A DNA stretch of 64,000 nt from Parasitella parasitica NRRL 2501 (GCA_025201805.1 MU619281.1:118596-182595); one strand, 5' to 3'; positions 12,591 to 25,900 are shown, counted from the first letter of the stretch. Notes: a model not told the origin generated them from the sequence alone. A program made the numbers and translations.

Positions 12591-13354
12591 GACTTGACCC
12601 AATCGAGAAGGGCCTGTGTAATCATAACAGAAGAAAAACAACACGATCAAACAAGAGCGATTATTTCACACCCGCAATGCCGCCTTGAATTCTTGATGTT
12701 TCTTGAGTCGACGTTATCGACGGAAAGGCATCGGTCAGCAAATATCTGGCACTTTTCTTAACATATTATGGCGAAGCCCTTGAGTGTGCTTGGCGTTTGC
12801 TGCTTACCTGACCCAAGATCACATTATCGTTTTCTTTTTTATGGATCTGTAAGAGGATGACGGGGAAATTTCTACTCTTTTGTTTGCGATGTATACAGAT
12901 TGTGTTTGTGTATCGCTCATTGTGTGTAACAGATCAGTCTGTAACCGACAAGTGGCTCAACTCCCGATTATACCATCATGTTGTTCTTTTCCAGAGATTC
13001 CTGTATGCCAAGACTGCTCAGGAAATAGGAAGGCGCTTACGTAGCGAGTGCTAGCTGATTCAGGTAGTGGGTACATGTTTGGCATCAAGTGATGGGCCTT
13101 TTTCCCACTGGAGCAGTGCATTGCCGCCGAGTCAATTGAGGCTGAAGGAACAAGAGTTTGACGCTGTATTAGGCATGAGCAATGTTAGATTCGTTCATTA
13201 TAATGTACCTGGTTTATTTTTACTTTTATTTTTATTTTATTTTTTTGTTGCGGAGTTGCCCAGAACGTAAATGTGTATAAATAAGTACAACGCAATAGAA
13301 AAAGAGCCCCTCTTTCTTCTTCTTTCCACTCTGGAGTATTTTGCAACAGTATCA

Positions 13355-16300
13355 ATGAAATACATCTGTAGCCTTTTGTCTACAATCCTTCTTTTTTCCA
13401 TTGTGCAGTGTAAGTGCCCTCTTTGTTCTCTGTCTAGGTCTGATCTATTTACATCTGAATCAAACAGGTCACAGTGTGAACAACAAACAGCTACTGTGGG
13501 TCGAGCCGGTTTCAGCGATAAAACTGGACATAACACCACGCCCTGACCATTTCTTTGCAAAAAGAGACATATCGAAAAACAGCAACTACCAGCCCAATGC
13601 TCGCTCCCTACAGTACGACGACGTGCTTCGACTGTCCGTCAGCGCCTACAACAAAACAATGTTCCTCCATTTGGCCCCTAATCTCGACTTATTCCACCCC
13701 AACGCCGTTTTCCACAGCAACGGCGTCTCCACAAGAGTCAACCCTGCTGATTTCAGAGTGTATCGAGGCTACGTTATTGACGACATATACTCTGATCACT
13801 GGTGGATTTCTGGCTTACTGCAGGATGAAAAGGAAATGGAAAATCAACCAGGTGTGTTGGGCTGGGCTAGAATTGTGGTCAGAAATGATATAAAGTAAAT
13901 GGGTAAAAAAAAAAGCACGCAACCAAAATGCTGTATTAACCGCATAAAGTAGACATGATTTGGAACATCCTCTGTTCGAAGGCGCATTCACTGTCTATGG
14001 AGACACTCACCATATCAAACTGAGGGACAACTATCAGCTAACAAAGCGATCGGACGACGCTGAGCTTGCACACCGAGACGCAGATATGGTCATGTACCGT
14101 GATTCTGACACGGTCCTCAAACAATTGGCTGAGGATTCACATAGTGGTGGCGAATGTGGTTTCGATAGCTTGACTCATATCTCTAAGCGCTCGTACAATC
14201 CGCTCACCCTCGATTTTGACACAAGCAGCAATTTTGCAGTAAAGAACTCTTACCGCAATATTTTCGGCAACAGCGGTAAAACGCTATCCAAACGAGCTCC
14301 AGCTGGCTGTCCGACTTCCCAAAGAGGTAAAAATACATATAAACATTACACTCATAGACACACAAACAATTAACAGCGTAACTACCAGTGCTTTATATGG
14401 GCGCAGCCGCAGATTGCACCTATGTAAAATACTACCAATCGGCCGATAATGCTCGTATGCAGATTATCAACGACTGGAATTCTGTGAGCTCGGTTTATTC
14501 ATCTACATTTAATGTCGGTATCGGCTTGATCAACATTACCATTATGGATTCGTCTTGTCCCACCACACCCGTCACTGCGACAAACTGGAACCAAGCTTGC
14601 TCTACCGGCTATTCGATATCATCCAGGCTGAGCGATTTTAGCCAATGGAGAGGACGCATCGGTGATGATGGTGCTGGTTTGTGGCATTTGATGACCAACT
14701 GCGCGTAAGTAACAACACACTGCTTTTTAGCCGAAAACAAGCCCTCTAACTCGTTTTGGAAACAACAAAGCACTGGTGCCGAAGTAGGAATCGCATGGAT
14801 GAGCCAGGTGTGTAATACAGGTTCGATTAGGTCGAGCTCGACAGGCGAGTATACGTCAGGAACAGGTGTCTCGTCTATCAGTAAGTTTGCTTTCGTCAAT
14901 GTAGGCATGATTCGCTGACCAATGGATCCATAGTTCGGGATGAATGGAAGGTTGTTGCCCATGAAATAGGGCATGGCTTTGGTAAGAAATGGATGAAATA
15001 TTTAATTGATAACAGATAACCAACTTTTTTTTTTTTTTTTTTTAAAAAAAAATTTGTAGGAGCCATTCATGATTGCACTTCTCAGAGTTGCCCATGCTCG
15101 GGGTCAAGTTGCGGATGCTGTCCCTACAGTTCAAGTCAATGTGACGCAGGAGGAAAATACTTTATGAACCCCACCAGCAATGCTTCGTCTGACGCTTTCA
15201 GTCCTTGCAGCATTTCTACTATTTGCTCCAGCATGTCTGATTTTACAAGTTGTTTGGAAGGTATGCAATTTCCAAGCGGCACATGTATATTTTATAAGCG
15301 TCTAACAATATTACGTCTGTAGCCCCTGGATCAAGAAATACCACCTCTTTACAACAATGCGGCAACGGCATCAAAGAATCTGGCGAAGATTGTGACACTG
15401 GTGGACAAGAAAGTGCTTGCTGTGATCCTAAAACTTGTAAATTCAAAGCTGGCGCTGTGTGCGAGTACGTTGTTTTCATATCAGAGACTATTATCGCATA
15501 TTAATTTCCATGAACAGTGATTTCAACGACCTTTGTTGCAACAATTGTCAGATTAGACCCGCCAATTACACATGCCGTCCTGCCTCCACCGAATGTGATA
15601 TTGCAGAAGTATGCTCAGGTACTTCTGGTGATTGCCCTGAAGACAAGTACAAACCCGACCTCACGGACTGTGGAAATGGCTTAAAGTGTGCTGCTGGTCA
15701 ATGTACTTCTCGTGATAGGCAATGCGTGTCTCGTGGCTCTAGTATGAACATTTCAAAGGCATGCAGCGCTGACAGCAGCTGTGCTGTCATTTGCCAATCG
15801 CCTGGGTCTGCCATGAGCTGCTATCACTTCCCTGGTTACTTTGTTGATGGCACGCCTTGTGGTCTTGGCGGTACCTGTAAATCCGGATCTTGCGATAGCA
15901 GCAACTTTGCTAGCAATGCCAAGAACTGGATTGACAGCCATCTGCAGATTTTCATTCCTGTCGCCATCGTCGTTGGCCTGCTGTTGCTGCTTTGCTTGTT
16001 CCGTTGTTGCTGTTACGGTGGCAGAGGAGGCTATAACAACATTGCAAAGACTACAACCTATGTCATCCCAGCACAGCAGTCGCAGCATTATCCCGCTCAA
16101 TACAGCAACACGCAGCCACCTTACTATCCTCCTCCTACTGGACAGCAACCCTACTACCCTCCTAATTCCGGCTGGGTGGATCCAGCACAGTACAATGGCA
16201 GAGACGCAAACTATAGCCCTCAGCAACCTCTTCCGGTTTATACGCAAACTGACAATCACTCTAACGCCTACGAACTCAATAATGCAAATCAATGGCAAAG

Positions 16301-16460
16301 CAATAATCGTGGCATGGCAAGTCCTCCTATTCCTAGCTCTCCAGCACCAGGATATCAACAAATGCCCTCCAGTCCATCACCAGCGCCTGTAAATTCGCCT
16401 CCCGCTCCTCCGACGCACAACAACGGTGGCGCGAGACCATATAATGAGGGGGTCATCTAA
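13355..16460 (+). CDS. Fungal ADAM-type metalloprotease (M12B reprolysin, disintegrin, TM, cytoplasmic tail), multi-exon
   Basis: Signal peptide MKYICSLLSTILLFSIVQC. Prodomain with CGFD cysteine switch. Zinc motif HEIGHGFG|AIHD and Met-turn YFMNP. Disintegrin segments CGNGIKESGEDCD..CCDPKTC and ECDIAEVC. TM IFIPVAIVVGLLLLLCLF. Confidence 0.92.
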
Positions 16461-17322
16461 AATTTCTTATATATAGATTTCCACCACCCAAACCCCTAGA
16501 GCAACTTTATGCTTGTTGTTTTTCATTTCCTTGTATTTTTAGCTTATTTATTTATGCAACTATTCCCTCACTCTTATAAAAAGAAAGAAATACTCTGTAC
16601 AATGCAATGTATAATAAACGTGTACTTATGCGAAGGCAGACTCGCAACAGTTAAAACTTCTGATTGCTAGAAAGCAAATATTAGAGATACAATAAAAATT
16701 GCTATCTGCATCATTCTAAAATTGATATTTTAAAGGTATAAAGTTTGTTAAGAATTCAAACAGTGATGAAATCATACAAAAACAAAATGGTGGTATGCTT
16801 GAACTCATAACGTAGACTTATTAGCGACGTCTTGGATTTGACGCAAAAAAAAAAAAAAAAAAAAAAAAAAATGAATCGAAAACAAGTTTTGACTTGATAA
16901 CTTATTTGCTAAAAGTACGGCCAGAAAGGTGTATACAGGTAGTTTTTATACAATGGCATTTCTCAGTGATACATGATAAAAATGTATATTTTTCGAATGG
17001 TCAGGACCCCAAGGATTTATAAAGAGCGCACATTAATGCAATATATAATTATTTATTATCATTTTTTGGCCGTTTATTGTAGATAATACAGTGTTATAGC
17101 AATAGTCTGATGAGTATGATGGCCATTGTTGTATCATTAGATGCGCTTTTTAATAAAGTCGTATCGGGTACTCTTATGTTTCCTGTTTTTTTTACAAGAC
17201 ACAAAGAATGGCGCATCATAAATACTGTAGGGTCCCCGTTTGTTTTGAAGAATGACACCCAGGTATATATATGTACATTAGAATCATTCAAGTTGTCAAG
17301 CACTTGATTATGTCCATTGCAC

Positions 17323-17340
17323 AAACAATGAAACTTCAAG
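17323..17340 (+). promoter_or_regulatory. Conserved upstream element of 7-TM paralog 2 (aaacaatgaaacttcaag)
   Basis: Variant of the motif shared upstream of paralogs 2-6, about 435 bp before the ATG. Confidence 0.5.
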
Positions 17341-17759
17341 CGGCGTTTCCCTTTTAGGTTTTGCATTTTAGCTTCAAGATCAGCGTTATATCTTATAATA
17401 TACCGTAGTAATGGATCAAGATTAATAGAAGAGCCGAGTGTATAGAAACGGTTATTCCTATAATAGTGCGAATACTATGCAATTATATCACGAAGCTTAT
17501 TGAGACAATAGATAATTTACTATTTCCTTTCGTTCACGCATCGGTTATTTGATTTACATATAAAGAAGGATGGCCTCGTCCAAGCGACTCGCTTGACATT
17601 CGCGTGATATATTATGTGTATGCAGACAAAGGGAAAAAGCATTATTGTCATATGAGGGGTTCATTGGAAAGTCGTTTTCTCTATTTAATGCCAAAGTCTA
17701 TTCTGTTTCTACTATCTTCTTCATTTATTCACTCTTTTCCCTTCCTGAACATAAAAATT

Positions 17760-19122
17760 ATGAACCAAAATGACAACAGTGCATCGCATAGCTGCCCCTT
17801 GCAATTGAATACACTGGGTTGCATAAACGATGCACCTTTGCTACACATTTATATTACAAACATAGCATGGTCGTCAGCAAACGCATTGATAGGTAAGTGA
17901 ATTTTCTATATATATAGTAAACACGGTGGGACATGGAGTAAGTGATTGACATTTCATTTACAGGCCTTGCTGTGCTATTCTACGGAGTGTTTAAAAAGAA
18001 ACTTCCCATCTTTGGCAGTAGAGCTGCCTGTTCTATCAGACCAAGGCCAATTGAGTCTATGCTACTGTTTGGGTCGATTTATAACATGCGTAAATACGAA
18101 TATAGTATCAAATGGGTAGAGATACCAGCATACTAATGCGACTACTTATTTAGTCAAAGCTATAGCTCAAGTTTTAACCATCACAAACAGTTACCCAGAT
18201 CCTATCTTCAAATCATGTATGTGCGTATATATAACTGTATTCACACATATGACCTAATAACATTTTACAGTCTTTGAAAACTTACCATGGCAGTTTTGCT
18301 ATTATTCATTTGCATGTTATCTGTTTGGCGTTGCTCATACAGTCTGCAATGTAAGTCTGAAATGTGTATGTTTGTGCAGACTTAGTAACAAAAAAAAACA
18401 TTTAGAGCAAAGAAATTATTGGTGATAAACACCGTACATTGCCAGTGATCATCGACATTTTTTTCATCATGTTCACAATATTCCCATTCGTAATCACCAA
18501 TACCTGCTCCATTGCAATAGGTGCTTTGAACAAACAGGGCAACTTGGGAACTTCAAAATATACTGACGCACTAAATTACTCATGGTTGCTGTATTCTGCT
18601 ATATTAGCTTTGTGGATCCCATATGCTGGATATTTATTGATTAAGGTTTTGAAACAGCAGATAGCTAAAAATGAAAATAGACCCGCATTTGTCCAGAATG
18701 TCAAAGCTGCCATGTTTAAAGTAAGTACCATACGTAACGGCTAATTTAAGAACGATAAAAGTACTTACTATTCCTCACACAGATTCTCATGACTATGCTA
18801 ATTGCCATCGCTACCTTAATGACATCTATAATATTCGAAGTGCTCACGATATTAAAAGTGAATACTTCTCAAAACTACCACTTGACCTTGGCAATGTATA
18901 TCATCAACGCCTTTAATAGTACGTTGGCTTCTACACTAGTTATTTTGGCTATTCTATTCAAGTACGATTTATCACATTGTTTGAACTGTGCTGTTTACTA
19001 AATCTTTTGATTATAGCCCAAAATTATTGACTCCTTTCGGCTTGCCATCCCCAAGCCGAGAAGAATCTGCTGAACATACTATGGGACTTGACAGTGGCAC
19101 TGGAATGCAAAAAGGCCCATAA
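17760..19122 (+). CDS. Orphan 7-TM GPCR-like protein, paralog 2 (7 exons, most divergent)
   Basis: MNQNDNSASHSCPLQLNTLGCINDAPLL.. / ..IRPRPIESMLLFGSIYNM / KAIAQVLTITNSYPDPIFKS / LPWQFCYYSFACYLFGVAHTVCN / ..AGYLLIKVLKQQI..AAMFK / ILMTM..LASTLVILAILF / NPKLLTPF..GP*. Confidence 0.82.
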
Positions 19123-19707
19123 ATCATCTGCAGATATAACTCACGAAATGTTATTATTGATCTTCTCATCTCCAATATGTATTATAATTCGCACAAAGAG
19201 TTAATGCATGTTAGCTGTAAAGCTATTGCTTCAATTGCACCAACAACACAGATACATAGTTCACCTTGATCAATACATCCATCATGTCTATATACTCGAG
19301 GTAGTATTCAATATTCTCTGATCCACCACTCTGCTAGTGCCTCAATCTCTTGAGATAACATAGTATAGAACACTTGTAAATATGATGTTTCGGACTCGAC
19401 GTCTAAATATTTTTCCCGTAGGTTAGTTTCGAATCATTATTTGTAAAAAGAAAATTAATATAGTATAATAAAATTCATAATGAGCTTTAATTAATGAACA
19501 TGAGGTTCAGGGTTCTTTTTCCTCGATGTATAAAATAAAAAGGGATTGTCCTCACCGACTACTAATTCGACAACCACAAATCAATTATCCTTGTGTTGTA
19601 AATAATGAAATTATTTAATGGTGGTGAGAGACGATTGATTAATCATGCGGGCTTCTTTATTAACCATATCTACTATTTTTTTTATTTATTTTTTTACTAC
19701 AAACGAG

Positions 19708-19920
19708 CTGGTCACCCTGCCCATTTTGGTGACTTTTGCACCTTCGCTATGCTGCGGTAAAAATCGACCATTGTTTACGCGGGGTCCATCTCGCTCTGCG
19801 AGGCAGCCAGTCTTTAAAATAAATAAGACTTATTGTTTTCAAGTGTATATGTTGTATCTATAAAATCCCATGGTTACCGCTCAGTTGTCATGGCAACTGT
19901 TCCTGATCGGATCCAAGGTT
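19708..19920 (+). repeat. Dispersed non-coding repeat, copy A (probable TE relic)
   Basis: ggtcaccc..ttttgcacctt.gcta.gct.c.gtaaaaa.cgacc..gtttacgcggg.tccatc..gctctgc.aggc..cagtct.taaaat...ctgatcggatc.aagg, also present at 55203-55483. Confidence 0.8.
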
Positions 19921-20293
19921 ATAAGATATTTTATTTTCGACTCAGCTACAGCATTCTTCAAAACTATCAACCGCTCCTTACCACAGGCTGTTCATTTGCT
20001 GTCTTGGATGTTAGCTTACATCCATTCAAGGATTGGATTAAAAAATAAAGTATTTATAATAAGAAAATAGTATCATATCTATAACAATATGCGATCCTCT
20101 TAGCTTATTTAGTAAAAACGTTTTGTCCACCGTTTTTATTATTATTATTATTATTACTGTTTATCAAGTAAATCAATCATCATCAAGCTTTAGAAGTTCA
20201 TTTACATTTTAGTTTGTGCCACATGTAAAATTAATTGTACTCGTTATAATCGTTTTATGATTGCGTGGCGATCGCCTGATTAGTTCTGCTCCA

Positions 20294-20316
20294 GAAATAA
20301 TGAAATTGGAAAGGGG
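20294..20316 (+). promoter_or_regulatory. Conserved upstream element of 7-TM paralog 3 (gaaataatgaaattggaaagggg)
   Basis: Motif variant about 630 bp before the ATG. A second gaaacaatg occurs at about 20783. Confidence 0.5.
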
Positions 20317-20923
20317 ATGCAAAGGGACTTTTTTTAAAGCAGGCTTTAGCACTGAGAAAACGTTGAGTGATTGCAATTAATTTCTGTAAACCTTGTCCAT
20401 ATTTCTTTATCTATTACATTTGAGCAGTGTAAGATCTACCAGGAGCATCTCCATTTTATCGACGTCTGTTTGAAAGCTTTACCCAAAAACAGGAAACAAG
20501 GAACTGTCTTTGTTCAAGAATTGCTGTTAGCTTGTACGCAAACGTGGTTTAGTACTAGAATTACGTGCATAGATCAAAAGTTGATTCATTCATTCGAAAC
20601 TTTGTTTATTTACTATTATAAGCTTACGGTAAAGAGAGTGGAACATACATTCATCAGAAAAACGCGACACCTCTGCTTTCTTAAATTGAAATAAGTATTT
20701 ACAAAGGATTCCCTATACTTTGCTACAAAGAATTTGCAAACTTATTATACTTGCAGTAATCATATTCGCACTGTTAGGCTAAGAAACAATGCACGCCATT
20801 TAAATGAAGCTTGCATTTATGCTCGAGGTTTCTCTTGCCTCCTTCCTTCCTCTTCTCTCTTTATCTTATTCTTTTTCCTTCTTCCAGCATATCCATTTGT
20901 TTTTTCTCTCGTACAAGGCTAGC

Positions 20924-22388
20924 ATGAATACTACTGAAGACGCCCAAAACAATGATTGCCGTCTATTAGTGGGTATTGTAGGCTGCGTAGACAGAGAACC
21001 CATGGTGTACATATTTATTTCGAGTATTATCTGGGCATTTTTGCTGGCATTCACAGGTGTGTGTGTGTACAATTTTGATTGTTGATAGTAGTAATACAAC
21101 ATGGATTAGCAATAAATTAATCCTTCATTAATACCAAACTATCAATAGGTTTCGCACTGCTATGGCAAAGAGTTGTTATCAAGAAACTACCGATTTTTGA
21201 TTTTAGCTCATCACATATGTTTATCATCAGACCAAAGCCGATTGAATCTATGCTATTATTTGGATCAATCTATAATGCGCGTAAATACTCTATAATCAAA
21301 TAGCAATTTTGACGGCATTTTAACATTACTATAGTCAGAGTTATAAATACAATATTGCTTCTTACTTGCGGCGCACCCGAGTCCGTTATTAGAACATGTA
21401 AATATATAGTAGACTTGTTCACATATTTAGACTCTAACCGCAATATACAGTTTTGGACTCACTGCCATGGCAGTTTGGTATTTGTGCTTTTTCATGCTAT
21501 TTGTTTGGCATCGCTCATACAATCTGCAGTGTACGTATGTCTCTCATTATTTGACATAATATGCAGAAAAAAACTAACGCATATATATATATAGAGCAAC
21601 CAACTCATTGGGAAAAGCTGGTACAGGAAATCATTCAAAATGGACGTAATTTGTACCCTCTTCATTGGAGTGCCCTTTATCATCCACAACATCTGCTCGA
21701 TTGGATCAGCCGCAATTGCCGAACATGAAGTAGCTAAAGCTCTAAAAAATGCAGGGTATTATATCCTGTCAATTCATCTCTGCATACTGGCTTTTTGGGT
21801 TTTCGTTGCTGGGTTACAGTTGATCAAAATTTTAAAACAACATTTACACAATCAAATCGACGCTGGCGATAACGCAGCTATTGAAAAGGTCAAAAATGGC
21901 TTATTCAAAGTAATTAAATTCACGGTAAATCAATGAATATTGAAAATACTCACTGTATATCCCCACAGGTTCGCATGACAATGACCATTTGCATCGTTTC
22001 GTTGTTCATATTCGTACTTCTCAGATTCCTTTATTCCTTCCTAAATACGTATTTCTCACAAAACTACGCCTTAAACCTGGCCATGTCAATTTTGTTGACC
22101 TATGACGGCATACTGGCATCAACACTGGTTGTCCTGACAGTAGTGTTCAAGTAAGTTTAAGTCTCTGATAAAACCCAATCGCTAGCTAACCTTTCAAATA
22201 TTTAGTCCTAAAGCTTTGAGCTCTTTTAATTTAACTTCCTCAAATCAGAATATGTCTGACGAATCTCAAATTGACAAAAGTGCTTTTACCACGACCACAG
22301 ATGACTTGACACTAATAACAAGTCGTTCTGAAACGCAAAAAGATAGTTGTAATTATAACAGACGATCATTCGATTATTCAAAATCACC

Positions 22389-22395
<7 letters not shown>
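20924..22395 (+). CDS. Orphan 7-TM GPCR-like protein, paralog 3 (7 exons)
   Basis: MNTTEDAQNNDCRLLVGIVGCVDREPMVYIF.. / ..IIRPKPIESMLLFGSIYNA / RVINTILLLTCGAPESVIRT / LPWQFGICAFSCYLFGIAHTICS / ..AGLQLIKILKQHL..KVKNGLFK / VRMTM..LASTLVVLTVVF / NPKALSSF..SPV*. Seven hydrophobic segments. Confidence 0.85.
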
Positions 22396-22419
<24 letters not shown>

Positions 22420-23169
22420 CCCTTAATTGTACACATAGAGTTTAATCACATAGTTTGATGCCATCAGAACAGTGCCATTTAACGACTCCGTTTCATTAGG
22501 CACCTTGCACCGCAGCTCACATCAGATGGTGATGAAGTGCTGCATATTAAAGTGAAACTCTGCTGCCCCTGATGAGGTTCGACCGACATTTTGGAATTTA
22601 TTATTCAAAATCAATAAACATATCTTAAATATTAGCGTAGTATTGTGGAAAATTTATATTCTTCGCCGAAAATCCATGAGTAGTTAGACCTTAGGGGTTT
22701 CGCCTTTAATCCCATATTTTGTATGAATATGCATTGAGTTTCGAGTAGTCCCTGCATGCATCTCGCCTATTTGCAAACTTTGATTCCTTACACCACGCAT
22801 AACGCTCAATCGCGCTTTCTTAGACACAAAATTATTTTCTATCACGAATCTATACGAAAAACGTTATCGAAGCCTGGCCATATATTTATATTCAAAAATC
22901 TATGTGGTAGAGAGAGGGAGGGAGTATTAATTTATTTCAAATATCCAATAAGTACTGTTAACCCCCCCCCCCAGAAAGAAGCTACATGATGTGCACATAT
23001 TCCATCAGATTACATCAAGCATTGTGCTCCAAACAAGTATAGTGAAAATAACAAACCCACCATGGTCCAGTTAGCAATATACTCTTGTCACGGAAAAGTA
23101 GGAGGTGCTTTCAAAACTCGGTAAACGAGACTAAAAGCGCAGAGTATAGCCGACTATACCTTTAATTTT

Positions 23170-23192
23170 GAAACAATGAAATTAGAGGAAGG
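23170..23192 (+). promoter_or_regulatory. Conserved upstream element of 7-TM paralog 4 (gaaacaatgaaattagagg)
   Basis: About 485 bp before the ATG. With the preceding T it forms TGAAACA. Confidence 0.55.
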
Positions 23193-23654
23193 AGCCCAAG
23201 GGAGTTCCATTTTACTAAGGAGATTTGATCAACATTTCTACATATAGTCTGTTTGAATGGTATAAGTTTTATTGGTAGCAGTTGATCATTGCCATTATAA
23301 CACTTGGTTGAGTGTGAACGCGCATTATAAAATTTATTATAACACCGAAAAACACTTCGCTAACAATAAAATAAAGTGAACCATAGAATATGTATTCAAA
23401 GGACAAGATGTACGTTTGATTAGAGCAAATGTAAACTATTCAAATCAGGCATAAAAAGGATATAAAAAATTCATGCACATGCTTACAGAAAGTTTTGTGA
23501 TTGTATAATCAAAGACGCCAAGCTTTGCATTCTGATATGACAATTGCTGTACTTGCGCTGTTTAACTCAGGTCTTGCAGATCCTTATTTTAGCCAAGGTA
23601 TTACTTGTCTCCTTCACTTCATATTTTGCTTTTTTTGTTTCAATCTGAACAAAT

Positions 23655-25046
23655 ATGAATAGTACTGAAAGCGGCTCCGGCAGTGGCTGCATGCTACCAG
23701 CAGATTTTATGGGCTGTATAGATAGGGGCCCTATGCAGTACATGTTAATTTTGAAAACCATTTGGGTATATATCTGGGCAATCGCAAGTATGGGACAAAC
23801 TGAATATTTGATAGCATTAGAAACCAATGAATTGATCCCCCACCCTTGTTATCAAAAAATATAGGTTTTGGTTTGCTTTGGCAAAGAGTTACCTTTAAGA
23901 AACTACCCATTTTTGATTTCAGTTCGCCATATATGTATACTATTATACCAAAACCAATTGAATCAATGTTATTATTCATATCCATATTCAATACACGTAG
24001 ACATGCTATTAAAAACTGACACTATCTCGGCGCATTAATATATATATAATTGTGGCTAAAGACTTCCAGTACTACAGTGATCCTCAAGCATGGAAAATCT
24101 ACTTTCGTGATAAGAACATGTGAGCTTTTAACCGCTCATTTTAGAACTCATCATCTAATATATACCGATAAGTAGTGCTGAGAAACTTGTCATGACAGTT
24201 TGGCATTTGTCCATTTTTATGCCATTTAATCGGTATTGCCCATACAGTCTGCAGTGTACGCCTCAAAGCATTTACAGCAAAATATAGTGTAACTAGCGAG
24301 ATCAGACAGAGCAACCAATTAGTTGGAAATAACATGAACAAAATATCGCTCAAAATCGACCACATTTGTTGCATCTCCATTCATTTGCTGTATCATCACA
24401 GCTGTTGTATCAACTTTGTATGCTGAACAGGGCAACGTTCCAAGGGCCAGCTTGATCAAAGGAGTACGCAGTTTTATAATAATGCTGCACATCTTTATCT
24501 TGGCTTGTTTTATTTTTGTTTTAGTTTTTATTTTTTATTTTTTATTTTTTTTTTTGCTAGATTGCGATTAATCAAGATTTTGAAACGACATTTACGCAAC
24601 AAAACAGAAGCAAACGTTGAATCTGTTGATAAATCTGGATCTCGAAAGAATACAGAATACTTACTATTATATAGGTTCACATGATTATGCTACTTAGGAT
24701 CATTTGTTATTTTCTCAGAATTTTGCATATCCTGCTACTTCGCTCTTTTTCACACAATACTATTCCAACCGTAGCTGCTTGTATTTTTTTGGTCTAAGAT
24801 AGTATTATAACTACAACGCTGCCCATCTTGACTGTTACGATCAAGTAATATTGCCCCTTGATAAATCAACTAAAGTGTTAAATGCATAGTCCTAAAATAT
24901 TAAGCCCTTTTAATTTGAATTTTTTAAAACAAGAGAAGTTTTTTGATGCTAACGCTACTAGCTCTGATTTTATCTCTCGTGCAGGTGAATCCACTTTGAT
25001 TACTGGCCATTCCGGTGATCTAAAATGGCGATTACAAATTCCATAA
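23655..25046 (+). pseudogene. 7-TM GPCR-like paralog 4, pseudogene
   Basis: Exons 1-2 are intact (CMLPADFMGCIDRGP; PKPIESMLLF). The conserved PWQFG reads S*QFG (TGA at 24193-24195). Exon 5 carries deletions/frameshifts and a T-rich expansion at about 24505-24555. Confidence 0.82.
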
Positions 25047-25649
25047 ACAATCTCCAGAGTCCCTATCATCTCAAGTTTAAAAGAAATAACTAGATGTTAT
25101 TATTTAAAGCATAATTCAGTCTGAGAAAAATTACTATAAAAATTTGTGCCAAAATTCACTTAATGGCACAACTAATCTTGTATTACATTTCATCACATAG
25201 CCCTTCTGGCGCCGTGATGGCGGAAATTTTGTCTTTTTCTTTTAACGCCTTTCGATTAATACGACACTTTTGACATTCTCTATGAATTTTATCAAGTTAA
25301 TGAAAATATAACAGTTCTTTTGGTATGTTTTTAACAACTTGGGCACCTTGAACGAACCTTAATCCTAACCCTAAAAAAACCAGATAAAAATCAGGTACCG
25401 TTTTAAAATAACAGATCATTTCAAGAATAAAAAAGTAAAACAATCTGAGACTGTTGAAGAGCGTATATTATTCTACTTTGCTTTGCAATTTTGCAATTTT
25501 ATAAAAGCAATTCATAATAGTCATCAATGTATGCCGATCAAGTGAAAGAGAGGGCCACAGTAAAGGGCCTAATTTATATTGTCTAATGAATAGAAATAAT
25601 ATTGCTGAAAATCAGCTAACTGCTAGAAGCTTTGTTGCATGTAGTTCCT

Positions 25650-25900
25650 GCGGATCTCACTCCAACAAATGTTGCCGATCGAACTAATCCGGTACCAGTA
25701 AGCGGTCAATTTAAGGACGCTGCTTACTGTTACACGATCGAATTTTGAAAGCGCCGCTTTCCACAGTATTCTTTATTCTGGACAAAGGAGACAAGCTAAG
25801 AACGGTGGAGGAAATTAACAGTATTGTTTCTGAAAATAATAAATCAAACCTTTATCCTCTTGCACACGAATCAGCAACTACTAACATGGTGCACGGCCTC
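25650..25900 (+). mobile_element. Helitron RepHel (Rep domain) relic
   Basis: AAYCYTIEF*KRRFP corresponds to the Helitron Rep motif YTIEFQKRGLPH. It is followed, after a frameshift, by FFILDKGDKLRTVEEINSIVSE..LYPLAHESATTNMVHG, matching Helitron ..IDxxISAE...MxHGPC. Confidence 0.75.

Noticed and set aside
16787-16845. Weak tRNA-like fragment before an A-run
   Set aside because: Cannot form a cloverleaf, and no intact A/B boxes.
25352-25375. Telomere-like cttaatcctaaccctaa
   Set aside because: Only one perfect unit, so not distinguishable from chance.
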